From the NCBI GenBank assembly GCA_038883655.1, contig JAVZLQ010000001.1, positions 224,001 to 288,000 of the forward strand: DNA of 64,000 nt. The letters are read 5' to 3'. Source of the stretch: Candidatus Bathyarchaeia archaeon. GTDB taxonomy: Archaea; Thermoproteota; Bathyarchaeia; Bathyarchaeales; Bathycorpusculaceae. Below are positions 27,757 to 36,982 of this stretch, in pieces. The position numbers and the translations under genes are program-made. The first letter of the stretch is position 1, and each line of letters starts with the position of its first letter. Under the pieces are notes generated by a model, which was given only the letters and a program-made list of their open reading frames with translations, did not search any database and was not told the origin of the DNA.

Positions 27757-28512
27757 ATGCTAAACGAAAAGAAACTCATAGAAGAAGCTACTTATCTAGT
27801 AGAGAAGGCTGAGGAAAATAACATTATTATGCGATTGATGGGTGCTATTGCCTTTAAGATACATTGCATTAACTACGCTGAATTATACAATAAAATTGGT
27901 AGAACACTATCAGACATGGATTTTGTGTCCTATTCAAGGTATCAACATGATGTTAGGAACCTTTTCAAAAATCTCGGATATAAAGAAAGGGTCCCAACGA
28001 TGGCAATGCATCTCGGAGCTAGGCAAATATGGCTAAACAAAGACGGTATAGTAATAGACATTTTCTTCGACCAAATGTATATGTGTCACAATATAGACTA
28101 CCGTGACAGGCTAGAAATTGATAAACCAACGGTACCATTAGCAGAACTTCTACTGCAGAAACTCCAAGTAGTTAACTTCACCGAGAAGGACTTGAAGGAT
28201 AGTATAATGCTGATTCTAGAACATGAAATGGCAAATGGAGATAACGAAACAATAAACATCAAGCGAATTGCAGAGATGCTATCAGACGATTGGGGATTCT
28301 ATTATACCTCAACGATAAATCTACAGAAAATAAAGAATAGTGTGGACAAGTATGATGTGCTGTCGAAGAAGGAGAAGGATGCTGTAAAAGGAAAAATTGA
28401 CGCTTTAATAAAAACTATTGAAGAACACCCAAAAACTATGAAGTGGAAGATGCGGTCAAAACTTGGAACAAAAGTGAAATGGTACAGAACTGTTGAAACA
28501 ATTTCAAAATAA
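27757..28512 (+). CDS. Uncharacterised nucleotidyltransferase-fold protein
   Basis: RLMGAIAF...SDMDF...IDIFFD pattern (G-x, DxD, third D) and LLLQKLQ...KDLKD. Confidence 0.7.
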   Translation: MLNEKKLIEEATYLVEKAEENNIIMRLMGAIAFKIHCINYAELYNKIGRTLSDMDFVSYSRYQHDVRNLFKNLGYKERVPTMAMHLGARQIWLNKDGIVIDIFFDQMYMCHNIDYRDRLEIDKPTVPLAELLLQKLQVVNFTEKDLKDSIMLILEHEMANGDNETINIKRIAEMLSDDWGFYYTSTINLQKIKNSVDKYDVLSKKEKDAVKGKIDALIKTIEEHPKTMKWKMRSKLGTKVKWYRTVETISK

Positions 28513-28533
28513 GATGTTACAAATATTTCATTT

Positions 28534-29901
28534 TTAATCTAATTTCCTTATGTGCATTCCATATTTAACTAGTGAGTACATGGCACGGACAGCACTCTCA
28601 GGCGTTTTGAAAACGGGAATACCCTTTGCCCATAACTTTTTAGGCGCATTCCCCGCAAATTCCCTTGAAAGCCAACATACCACAATAGGTTTTCTGTAAG
28701 TCTTTTTTGCATTTTGAATTATCTTTCCCACTTCTTCACCGCCTTTTAATGGACCAATTATAATTAAAATTACTCCATCTGCACAGTTATCTTCAAGTAC
28801 TGCTTCTAAAGCAGCCTTAAACCTTTCGGGTCTTGGATCTCCGGTTATGTCTATTGGATTTTCAATGGAAGATTGCGGCGGGAGAGCCTCTCTAAGTTTC
28901 ATACTTACAGAAGACGGAAACGGGCTTAGATTTAACCCTATTTCTTGACACAAATCAGCAGCAATTACTCCAGGGCCTCCGGCATTAGTTATTATGGTAA
29001 CATTTTTTCCATAAGCGTAGGAACTTGCTGAAAGGGCTAGAGAATACTCAACCATTTCTTCTATGGAATAAGCTCTAATAATTCCGCATTGCTTAAAAAC
29101 AGCATCGAATATTTCGTCAGAAGTTGTAAGAGAACCCGTGTGCGACGCCACAGCTTTGATGCCTACGGGTGAGCGCCCTGCTTTTAAAGCCACTATAGGC
29201 TTAACTTGCGAAACCTCTTTTGCGGTTTTAAAAAACTTTCTCCCATTTTTAATTCCTTCCATGTAAATCATGACGCTCTTAACATTAACGTCGTTTGCAA
29301 AATACTGCAGCAAATCTGATTCGCCAACATCACATTTATTTCCTAAGCTTACAACAATGTTAAATAGACCAATTTTTTCTTCATTAGCCCAACTTATCAA
29401 TCCACCACCTAAGGCGCCACTTTGAGTTATAAACGCGACATTCCCCTTCCTTTTAGGAGTTGCGCCGAACCAAGCGAAAAGATTCGCTGACATGTTTATT
29501 ACACCCTGGCAGTTTGGCCCTATAACTCTAATTCCCCCCTCTCTGGCGATTTTTAAAACTTCTTCCTCTAGTTTTTTGCCTTCGGAGCCAGTTTCACCAA
29601 ATCCAGCAGAGATAATCACGACTCCTCGAACTCCTTTTGAAGCGCATTCCTTCATTACTTGAATTGTGATTTTAGCGGGAACAGCTATTACTGCCAAATC
29701 AACTTTGTCAGGTATTTCGCTAACGCTTGCATATGACTTAAGGCCAAGTATCTCTTCACCACTTGGATTTACCGGGTAGATTTGGCCTTTAAAACCTCCC
29801 TTTAAAAGATTCTCGACAATGTTGTTTCCGATTTTTCCCCTTTCTCTAGACGCACCAATAACCGCCACATTTTTTGGGTAAAGAACTGCTCTCAAACTCA
29901 C
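28534..29901 (-). CDS. acdA: ADP-forming acyl-CoA synthetase, alpha subunit (CoA-binding)
   Basis: VAVIGAS, YPVNP, IGPNCQG, QSGALG, GNKCDV, ASHTG (phospho-His), NAGGPG, NPIDITG. Confidence 0.88.
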   Translation of the reverse strand: MSLRAVLYPKNVAVIGASRERGKIGNNIVENLLKGGFKGQIYPVNPSGEEILGLKSYASVSEIPDKVDLAVIAVPAKITIQVMKECASKGVRGVVIISAGFGETGSEGKKLEEEVLKIAREGGIRVIGPNCQGVINMSANLFAWFGATPKRKGNVAFITQSGALGGGLISWANEEKIGLFNIVVSLGNKCDVGESDLLQYFANDVNVKSVMIYMEGIKNGRKFFKTAKEVSQVKPIVALKAGRSPVGIKAVASHTGSLTTSDEIFDAVFKQCGIIRAYSIEEMVEYSLALSASSYAYGKNVTIITNAGGPGVIAADLCQEIGLNLSPFPSSVSMKLREALPPQSSIENPIDITGDPRPERFKAALEAVLEDNCADGVILIIIGPLKGGEEVGKIIQNAKKTYRKPIVVCWLSREFAGNAPKKLWAKGIPVFKTPESAVRAMYSLVKYGMHIRKLD

Positions 29902-30132
29902 ACTTTAAACCTCCATATTTTAATCTTTAGAATTATAAAATTCAAACTTATAGGCATATAGCTTGATGCCTTCAGGTTTTTACTTTTTTGAAAGGCTGCG
30001 TTTCGGTTTGGTTTTTATTTTTCGTTTAGCAGTGGAAGATTGTGCAAAATTGTTCGAAACAGGATTGTGAGACTGGGCATTAACAATACTGTTAGAATTT
30101 TAATGTTCGTGTATGATGGTTTTTCATTTGCT

Positions 30133-31380
30133 TTAAAGCAAAAAGTAGGTAAGCAAAGCTGTTAGGAACGTTGGTATGAAGGATGGAATTACGTATTTGT
30201 ACACTTTTCCTAACTGGCATTTGAAGTAGTCCGCTGTGAATGTGAAGCATAGGTGTGTTGGCGCTATCGTGTATCCTAGATATGCGCTTATGTAAATTAG
30301 CGCTGCGATGTTTGCGGCTATTGGTGGAGCCCCGCAAAGTATTGGAAGACCTATGGCGATTCCGCTGGTTGGTGAACCAGTGAGGGCTCCCAAAACCGCT
30401 GGAAGTGTTATCAAGAGAACCGTGCCACTGTACGAGCTGTTGCTGTTTGTAACTATTTGAGAGAAAACTTGGCTGATTTCTGGAGAAATTACAACCTCTC
30501 TTAATAGGAAGGCGCCGTAGGCTGCAAGTGTTATGCCGTAAATCCCCCAACTTTTGAATGGCTTAGCAAAGACTGTAAAGCTCATTTTCGATATTGCAAT
30601 TAACACTGCAATCCCTATGAAGACAGCAATTACAACGTCGCGTCCCTGCTTGAAAAATTCAATTCCAGTTGCACCAAAAGCTAGGGCAAAGACTATTGTT
30701 GCTAAAATTGGACTAAAAGATAACAGAAAGACTTTGAAACTTGAGTTCATATTTTTTCCGCTTTCCTCTTCCATTTTTCTTGACACTTCTGTTTTCCAGA
30801 ATCCGATTACGTAGCCAACCATTATCATTACTAGAACTGTTGGAATCTGACGCAGAATGATGGGTGGAATTGCTACCTGAGCAAGCAAAGCCGTCGTAAT
30901 TATGGGCGGACTTAACGGGTAAACTGGAAAAATTGTGTGCCTAAACCACAAGTTTAGATAGGCTTTCCTTTGAGGCTTTAACTTTAGCTTTTCAGCTTCA
31001 ACGTCAACTAGGGGCGCTGACATTAAGGCTCCGCCAGCGACGGGCAAAAGCCCTATAACCGCTGGCACAAGTCCCAGCACTATTTTTGGATTGTTAATTA
31101 GTCTGCTTATGCTCTCGCTTAGTTTGTTGATGATTCCAGTTTCCTTGTAAAGTTGGCTTAGCAACATTATCCCAAAGGTTGCGGTAACAACCGAAATCGT
31201 TTCTGGTTTGATGCTTGCCTCATAAAATACTATAGGTATTCTTGTCCATTCGAGGGCAAGCAGCGCCATGGTTATGGCTGTTGCGTTTATGGTTATTCCC
31301 AGATTCGCGTGTTTGTAAAGCAGAATTATGAGTAGGGCAAACGCAATTATTATCGCAACTGCTGGGTCAACAAGTCCCAA
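30133..31380 (-). CDS. DUF401-family membrane protein (putative transporter)
   Basis: PAVIGLLPVAGGALMSAP, NLWFRH, PTHLC motifs; polytopic. Confidence 0.8.
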   Translation of the reverse strand: MGLVDPAVAIIIAFALLIILLYKHANLGITINATAITMALLALEWTRIPIVFYEASIKPETISVVTATFGIMLLSQLYKETGIINKLSESISRLINNPKIVLGLVPAVIGLLPVAGGALMSAPLVDVEAEKLKLKPQRKAYLNLWFRHTIFPVYPLSPPIITTALLAQVAIPPIILRQIPTVLVMIMVGYVIGFWKTEVSRKMEEESGKNMNSSFKVFLLSFSPILATIVFALAFGATGIEFFKQGRDVVIAVFIGIAVLIAISKMSFTVFAKPFKSWGIYGITLAAYGAFLLREVVISPEISQVFSQIVTNSNSSYSGTVLLITLPAVLGALTGSPTSGIAIGLPILCGAPPIAANIAALIYISAYLGYTIAPTHLCFTFTADYFKCQLGKVYKYVIPSFIPTFLTALLTYFLL

Positions 31381-31504
31381 GTTATACGCTCCATTCTCGA
31401 ACTGGCTTATAAAAAGCTAGGATAACTGGCCTGTTTTTAACATTTTTCCCTTAATAGGCAAATAAATTAATAGCGAATCACTGCAATCTTTGCGTGGCTA
31501 AACC

Positions 31505-31918
31505 ATGAAGGGCAAAGTTTTCATTTCAGGTCCAATTCAAGGCATGGAAACAAAGCAGAACTACAGAAAGGTCATTCGCGAAATTTGCGTTCAATGCGGC
31601 TATGATGTTCTTGACCCATGGGAAAGAGAAAAAATAATCTACAAGGGCTCGGAGTTTGGATGGTGGAATAAAGTGCCAGCAGCGGAATTCATCAAGAGGG
31701 ATTTAGAAGACATTGAAAGATGCGATGTTTTGGTTGCTTACATGCCGAAACTTTCAGCTGGAACATGCATGGAGCTCTTCTATGCAAAACAAAAAGGAAA
31801 GAAAACAATATGCATATGTAAAATAGAAAATCCAAGCCCGTGGATAGTGATGCATTCAGACATTATCATCGGAAAAATTGAAGAATTAAAAATACACCTA
31901 AGAAACCTCTACAGCTAA
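31505..31918 (+). CDS. Nucleoside 2-deoxyribosyltransferase-like protein
   Basis: VFISGP, RDLEDIERCDVLVA, SAGTCMELFYA motifs. Confidence 0.75.
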   Translation: MKGKVFISGPIQGMETKQNYRKVIREICVQCGYDVLDPWEREKIIYKGSEFGWWNKVPAAEFIKRDLEDIERCDVLVAYMPKLSAGTCMELFYAKQKGKKTICICKIENPSPWIVMHSDIIIGKIEELKIHLRNLYS

Positions 31919-31974
31919 CATTCAACTTAAGCAAAAGAAAAATAAGAACCCTTGCAAATTCTCATTCAGCAAAA

Positions 31975-32049
31975 GCGGTCGTAGTCTAGCCTGGTCTAGG
32001 ACATCAGCCTGCCACGCTGACGACCCGGGTTCAAATCCCGGCGACCGCA
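31975..32049 (+). tRNA. tRNA-Gly(GCC)
   Basis: GCGGTCG/CGACCGC acceptor, TCAGC-CTGCCAC-GCTGA anticodon arm, CCGGG-TTCAAAT-CCCGG; followed by T-tract. Confidence 0.95.
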
Positions 32050-32152
32050 CTTTTTTATATCGTCGCACTCAGAGGTGCGTGATTGAAAGTCGCGCTTGGG
32101 GGAATTGTTATTTACTTTTGTTGCTACGATATTATGGCTGGTGTAAGGTTTT

Positions 32153-32956
32153 ATGGAGTGCATTGCGGTTATTGGTGCTGGAGTGATTGGCGGAGCCATA
32201 GTCAAGAGTCTTTTGAAGAGGGGCTATAGGGGTAGGGTTATTGCCACGAGGCGTGATGTGGAAAAGTTGATGGAATTTGAGCGGCTGGGTGCTTCTGTTT
32301 GTGCTGATAATAAGAGGGCGGCACGGGAGGCTGATATAGTTTTTCTGTGCGTTAAGCCGAATGACGTTGAGAAGGTTTTGAAAGAAATAAGCAAGGAACT
32401 CGAAGGCAAACTTGTCATTTCAACGGCTGCAACTATTCCCTTAAGATTTTATAAGAAAATTGCGCCAAAAGCCAAGTTTGTTAGGACCATGCCGAACATC
32501 GCTGTTTTGGTGCAGGAAGCTTTCACCGCATACTGTTGTGACAATAGCTTAAGCGCGAAGGAAAAGCGCAAAGTCAAGGAAATTTTGGACATGATGGGCA
32601 TGTCAGAGGAGGTTGAAGAGAAATACATGGACGCAATAACCGCGTTAAGTGGAAGTGGACCAGGATACATCTCAATAATTATTGAAGCCCTAATGTATGC
32701 GGGGTTAAAAGTGGGTTTGCCAAGAGACCTAGCCCTCTACAGTTCTGCACAAACGGTTTTGGGAACTGGAAAACTTATTCTTGAAACGCGAGAACATCCT
32801 GCAAAAATAAAGGATATGGTCACAACGCCTGGAGGAACAACCATCGAAGCAATCTTCGAGTTGGAGGGCAGCCAAATTCGCCAAGGCTTAATGAAGGCCG
32901 TCGAAGAGGCAACTAAAAAGTGTAACGCGATTCGAGAAAAGCTTAGGGTGAACTAG
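32153..32956 (+). CDS. proC: Pyrroline-5-carboxylate reductase
   Basis: IGAGVIG, VKP, RTMPN, TALSGSGPGY, VTTPGGTT motifs. Confidence 0.93.
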   Translation: MECIAVIGAGVIGGAIVKSLLKRGYRGRVIATRRDVEKLMEFERLGASVCADNKRAAREADIVFLCVKPNDVEKVLKEISKELEGKLVISTAATIPLRFYKKIAPKAKFVRTMPNIAVLVQEAFTAYCCDNSLSAKEKRKVKEILDMMGMSEEVEEKYMDAITALSGSGPGYISIIIEALMYAGLKVGLPRDLALYSSAQTVLGTGKLILETREHPAKIKDMVTTPGGTTIEAIFELEGSQIRQGLMKAVEEATKKCNAIREKLRVN

Positions 32957-32979
32957 AAAAAGGGTGGCGTGCAAATAAA

Positions 32980-33300
32980 GTGGACGCCGAAACCAAACGC
33001 ATCGCAATGCAGAGAATCCAAACGCTCTTTCACTTGGCAAAGGAAATTTTCCGCGAAGACCCTGCATTGGCGCAGCGTTATGTGGACATTGCCCGAAAAA
33101 TAGCCATGGCTGCAAAAGTGCGTTTGCCAAAAGAGTATAGGCGCCAAGTTTGTCGTCACTGTAAAAGCTTTATCTTGCCAGGCGTAAATTGTCGTGTTCG
33201 AATAAAGCAGCGGAGAGAACCACACGTAGTGATAACATGCTTGAAATGCGGTGGGCACATGAGAATTCCATTAAAAAGTAGGAGAAGAGATACTTTTTGA
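32980..33300 (+). CDS. rnp4: Ribonuclease P protein component 4 (Rpp21)
   Basis: IAMQRI..L, CRHC..LPG, ITCLKCG zinc ribbon. Confidence 0.92.
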   Translation: MDAETKRIAMQRIQTLFHLAKEIFREDPALAQRYVDIARKIAMAAKVRLPKEYRRQVCRHCKSFILPGVNCRVRIKQRREPHVVITCLKCGGHMRIPLKSRRRDTF

Positions 33301-33587
33301 GCAAGCTTACTTCTGGGATGAAGCGGCGGATCAAACGGGAATTAAGCATGGAAAAACCCACTATATGGATTGGTAAGGGCGGGGTTTCACCAGAAATCGT
33401 TAGGGAAATCGGTAAACAGTTAGATAAGAATGAAATTGTTAAGGTTAAAATTTTGAAAAGCGCCCTAGAAACCGCAACCGCAAGACAAATTGCGTCTAAA
33501 ATTGCTGACATGACAGAAGCGTCACTAGTGGAAGTCAGAGGTCACACATTTATTCTCTATAAACGAAAAAGAAAAGGTTCTAGTTGA
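33297..33587 (+). CDS. YhbY/CRM RNA-binding protein
   Basis: PTIWIGKGG, EIVKVKIL, VRGHTFILY. Confidence 0.9.
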   Translation: MSKLTSGMKRRIKRELSMEKPTIWIGKGGVSPEIVREIGKQLDKNEIVKVKILKSALETATARQIASKIADMTEASLVEVRGHTFILYKRKRKGSS

Positions 33588-33659
33588 GGAGACGCTAAAG
33601 TTAAATTTTAAGCAGTTCTTCTACATTTCGAGGAATACCATTGCTAACCCCTGAAATAA

Positions 33660-34052
33660 TTGGCTTCCTTAGGCTTCTTTTCATTAAATGGGTTGATCTA
33701 TATTATTATTGGGTTACTCGATTGGGTTTTTAAAGAAGTCCGCTCAGAAAACCCGACACATTATTGGTTGTGGTTCAGCAGTGGACCCTACATAAGAAGT
33801 GCTGAGGGAAGGGTGGAGCACATCGCATTTAAAAGTAAGGTCTTATTAACATGCGGAATACCAACGTTTTTGATAGGCATATTCTCTCCCGATGCTCTTT
33901 TCGAAATAACAAATGTCATCGGAATTGGAGTTTTGGTACTTTTGGCTTGGATCCTGCATTTAATCTTTGTTGCAGATGCGGCTGAAAGGGACAAATATGC
34001 TGCTGAAGGTATAAGCCAAGAAGAGATCGAGAAAGTAAAAGAAAGGGACTGA
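33660..34052 (+). CDS. Hypothetical membrane protein
   Basis: Three hydrophobic segments; start uncertain. Confidence 0.5.
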   Translation: MASLGFFSLNGLIYIIIGLLDWVFKEVRSENPTHYWLWFSSGPYIRSAEGRVEHIAFKSKVLLTCGIPTFLIGIFSPDALFEITNVIGIGVLVLLAWILHLIFVADAAERDKYAAEGISQEEIEKVKERD

Positions 34053-34172
34053 AACGAATTTTGAATAGCATTCTCAACGGGTTCATCAGCTCTGCATGTT
34101 TTTTGTTGCGTTAAAAGTGAAAGCCTTTATATTTGGCTTCATGTTTTACTGAAGGAAAGCTGAGAGGAACAA

Positions 34173-34646
34173 GTGGTCTTGGTAACCCCGCATGATGTCC
34201 CAGCACAAGCATTCATCGAAAGGCTAGCTAAGTATCTAAAGGAGAATGTGGACGAGGTGAGTCCACCACAATGGGCTAGCGTGTCCAAGACAGGCGCGCA
34301 TGTTCAGAGGCAACCACAAGACCCAGATTGGTGGTACACGCGTTGCGCCTCGCTTCTAAGGAAAGTTTATGTTCACGGGCCAATAGGCATAGAAAAGCTA
34401 AGAGCCGAGTATGGTGGGCGAAAGGATTTCGGCGTTAGACCCGAACATGCAGTTAAAGCTGGCGGAACCATCATTAGAAAAGCCCTACAACAGTTGGAGA
34501 CTGCTGGTTTAATTGAAACCGTTAAGCCCAGGGGAAGGGTCGTGACCCGTGAAGGCAGAAAACTTTTGCGTGAAATAGCTGAAGAAGTGTATAGGGAACT
34601 TGTGAAAGATATTCCACAACTGGCTAAATATGGGAAGGGCGAGTGA
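34173..34646 (+). CDS. rps19e: 30S ribosomal protein S19e
   Basis: KTG...[27 protein letters not shown]. Confidence 0.95.
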   Translation: MVLVTPHDVPAQAFIERLAKYLKENVDEVSPPQWASVSKTGAHVQRQPQDPDWWYTRCASLLRKVYVHGPIGIEKLRAEYGGRKDFGVRPEHAVKAGGTIIRKALQQLETAGLIETVKPRGRVVTREGRKLLREIAEEVYRELVKDIPQLAKYGKGE

Positions 34647-34975
34647 TGTCCGAGGAGGAACTTGAGGAAATCCGTAGAAGAAAACTGTTGGCTTTACAGC
34701 AAAAGCTAGCCGAAGAACAGAGGCAAGCCCAAATCCAACAGCAGATGGAACTGCAAAAACAAGCAATTTTAAGAAAGATTCTGACACCGGATGCGAGGCA
34801 AAGGCTTACGAACCTAAAGATGGTTAAGCCAGAGTTCACAGAAGCTTTAGAACTGCAGTTGATTCAGTTGGCGCAGCAAGGAAAGCTTCCAATACCGTTA
34901 AGTGATGAGCAGCTCAAGCAAATACTTATACAACTTCAGTCTCAAAGACGCGAAACAAGAATAAGGAGAATATGA
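34643..34975 (+). CDS. DNA-binding protein, PDCD5 family
   Basis: [29 protein letters not shown]. Confidence 0.92.
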   Translation: MMSEEELEEIRRRKLLALQQKLAEEQRQAQIQQQMELQKQAILRKILTPDARQRLTNLKMVKPEFTEALELQLIQLAQQGKLPIPLSDEQLKQILIQLQSQRRETRIRRI

Positions 34976-34977
34976 AG

Positions 34978-35133
34978 TTGGCGAGAAACAAACCCGCAGC
35001 CAAAAAAAGGAGGCTTGCAAAGGCTGGAAAACAGAAGAAGGCTGTTCCAACGTGGGTCATCGCCAAAACGGCTGGAAAATTTAGGACACATCCAAAAAGA
35101 AGGCAGTGGCGCATTAGAAAGATAAAGGCTTAG
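34978..35133 (+). CDS. rpl39e: 50S ribosomal protein L39e (absent from ORF track)
   Basis: [51 protein letters not shown], 51 aa, in conserved position. Confidence 0.93.
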   Translation: MARNKPAAKKRRLAKAGKQKKAVPTWVIAKTAGKFRTHPKRRQWRIRKIKA

Positions 35134-35135
35134 GG

Positions 35136-35627
35136 GTGCCACGCATGGAAGAGGAGAGAGAAGCAAAAAAAGAGGAGCTAAAAAGCAAAGAGGAAACAGA
35201 AGAGTTAATCGAGGAAATAGCGGAAACGGAGGCAGAGGAAAAGGAAGAGGAGGAAATTTCCGAAGAGAAACCAGTTGCCGAAGAGGTTCTGGAGGAAGCT
35301 AAGCCGAAGCGGGAGGAAAAGGTTGAAGAGGAAGAAATTATTGAAGAGCGCATTTATACGGTTCCTCTTGGCAAGGCTTGGATCATGCCTCCTAACAAGC
35401 GGGCGGCAAGAGCCGTAAGACTATTAAGAGATTTTTTGAAGAAGCACATGAAGCTCGAGGCTCGCGGAGAAGGCGAGGAAGAAGAGCCCAAGAAGCTTAT
35501 CATTACCAACGAGGTTAATGAGTGGATTTGGAGTAGGGGCATTGAAAAGCCTCCTAGAAAGATTAGGGTGAGAGCCGCGAAAGATAAGGATGGCAACGTG
35601 ACTGTTTATCTGGCTGAAGGAGACTAG
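35136..35627 (+). CDS. rpl31e: 50S ribosomal protein L31e with long acidic N-terminal extension
   Basis: ERIYTVPL, RAARAV, IWSRGIEKPPRKIRVRA. Confidence 0.92.
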   Translation: MPRMEEEREAKKEELKSKEETEELIEEIAETEAEEKEEEEISEEKPVAEEVLEEAKPKREEKVEEEEIIEERIYTVPLGKAWIMPPNKRAARAVRLLRDFLKKHMKLEARGEGEEEEPKKLIITNEVNEWIWSRGIEKPPRKIRVRAAKDKDGNVTVYLAEGD

Positions 35628-35630
35628 TGC

Positions 35631-36338
35631 TTGCCAGTTTACTTCTCCAGCCTTTTTGGAAGCACAAGTATAGGTGTCTACGCGCTAGCAACAGACAAGA
35701 TTGTTGTTATTCCAAGCTTGGTACCGCTCAAGAAAGCAAAAAGATTTGAAGAATGGTTAAAAGTCAAGTTAATACATACAACGGTTGGCGGGTCCATTTT
35801 AATAGGTGCTTTGGCATGCGCAAACTCGAATGGCATTATTCTTCCACATATAATCCGCGATGAGGAACTTGAAGCCATAAGCGCCAACTTTGACGGGAAA
35901 ATAACGATTATGGAAACGCGGAAAACAGCTTACGGTAACATGGTTTTGGCGAACGATTACGGGGCAATTGTTGACCCGAGGTTAAAAGCATCTGAAATAA
36001 GGCTAATATCTGAAGCCTTAGACGTAGAGGCGGTTCCCGGTGAGATTGCCGGTTTGCCATATGTTGGGGCTCTGGCTGTTGCCACAAACAAGGGTGTACT
36101 GGCTCATCCACTTCTGAAGGATTCAGAGAGAAAACTTTTAGAGGAAATGTTGAAGGTTCCAGTTGATGTTGGCACTGTTAACTGTGGAATACCATATGTT
36201 GGGACTGGTTTAATCTGCAACAGTCGTGCGGCTGTTGCTGGAGCCTTAACAACCGGACCCGAGATGTTTATAATTGGGAACGCCTTGGATGTGATGAGGG
36301 AAGATGAGTACGTTGAAAGTCTTCAGAATAAAGGGTGA
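35631..36338 (+). CDS. eif6: Translation initiation factor 6 (aIF6)
   Basis: NSNG, GNMVLANDYGA, NKGVLAHP, GTVNCG pentein repeats. Confidence 0.93.
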   Translation: MPVYFSSLFGSTSIGVYALATDKIVVIPSLVPLKKAKRFEEWLKVKLIHTTVGGSILIGALACANSNGIILPHIIRDEELEAISANFDGKITIMETRKTAYGNMVLANDYGAIVDPRLKASEIRLISEALDVEAVPGEIAGLPYVGALAVATNKGVLAHPLLKDSERKLLEEMLKVPVDVGTVNCGIPYVGTGLICNSRAAVAGALTTGPEMFIIGNALDVMREDEYVESLQNKG

Positions 36339-36555
36339 AATTCGAAAGCCAAACTGGGAAACTCCATTCGTAAAGGAAGTTGTGGCTTTAAAGCCGGAAC
36401 ACGCCGTTGAAAAGGTTTATGCGGAGTTGGGAAGTAGGCATAGGGCTAAACGTTTTCATATAAAAATATTAAGTATTGAGGAAATAAAGCCCGAAGAGAT
36501 AGAAAATCCTATTCTCAAAAAGCTTGTTGTTGGAGAAGGTCGCATTGGAGAGTAA
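36304..36555 (+). CDS. rpl18a: 50S ribosomal protein L18Ae/LX
   Basis: KVFRIKG, AVEKVYAELGSRH. Confidence 0.9.
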   Translation: MSTLKVFRIKGEIRKPNWETPFVKEVVALKPEHAVEKVYAELGSRHRAKRFHIKILSIEEIKPEEIENPILKKLVVGEGRIGE

Positions 36556-36982
36556 AATTGAAGAGGAACTTCGTAAGCTGAACCTAGAAATGCGCTTTTT
36601 AGAACAGACAGCTGAAACCATCCAGTCAAGAATCAACATGGTGAATGCGGTTATAACAGACCTAACGTACGCGAGCATGTCTTTGGAGGGTCTGGAGAAG
36701 GAAAAGGAAAACGCTGAATTGCTTGTTCCAATCGGCGGCAGCTCCTACATAAAGGTGAAGCTTGGTAGCGCAGACAAAGTTATAGTGGGCATGGGCGCTG
36801 GAGTTTCAATTGAAAAGACGTTGCAAGAGGCGAAGGAGATAATTAAAATTAGACTTGAAAACCTGGAGAAAACGCGTAATTCGCTTCAAAACCAGCTTGT
36901 CCAAGTTTTACAAAAAATCAATGAAGACCGTGAGAAATTTGAGAGTTTGGTCGCCCAACTCCGAGAGGAGAAAGCCCCGTAA
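36545..36982 (+). CDS. pfdA: Prefoldin alpha subunit
   Basis: LLVPIGGSSYI, VIVGMGAGVSIEK hairpins with coiled coils. Confidence 0.92.
   Translation: MESKIEEELRKLNLEMRFLEQTAETIQSRINMVNAVITDLTYASMSLEGLEKEKENAELLVPIGGSSYIKVKLGSADKVIVGMGAGVSIEKTLQEAKEIIKIRLENLEKTRNSLQNQLVQVLQKINEDREKFESLVAQLREEKAP

Noticed and set aside
13995-30130. tRNA-Val-anchored integrative element
   Set aside because: The island lies on the 5' side of the tRNA; no integrase, transposase or duplicated tRNA end (att site) was seen.
29940-30130. Intergenic stretch as possible ncRNA or island boundary repeat
   Set aside because: No convincing stem-loop, C/D boxes or match to the left boundary found by eye.
31996-32205. 69-aa minus-strand ORF ending CGRRDLNPG
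   Set aside because: Translation of the antisense strand of tRNA-Gly; a common artefact.
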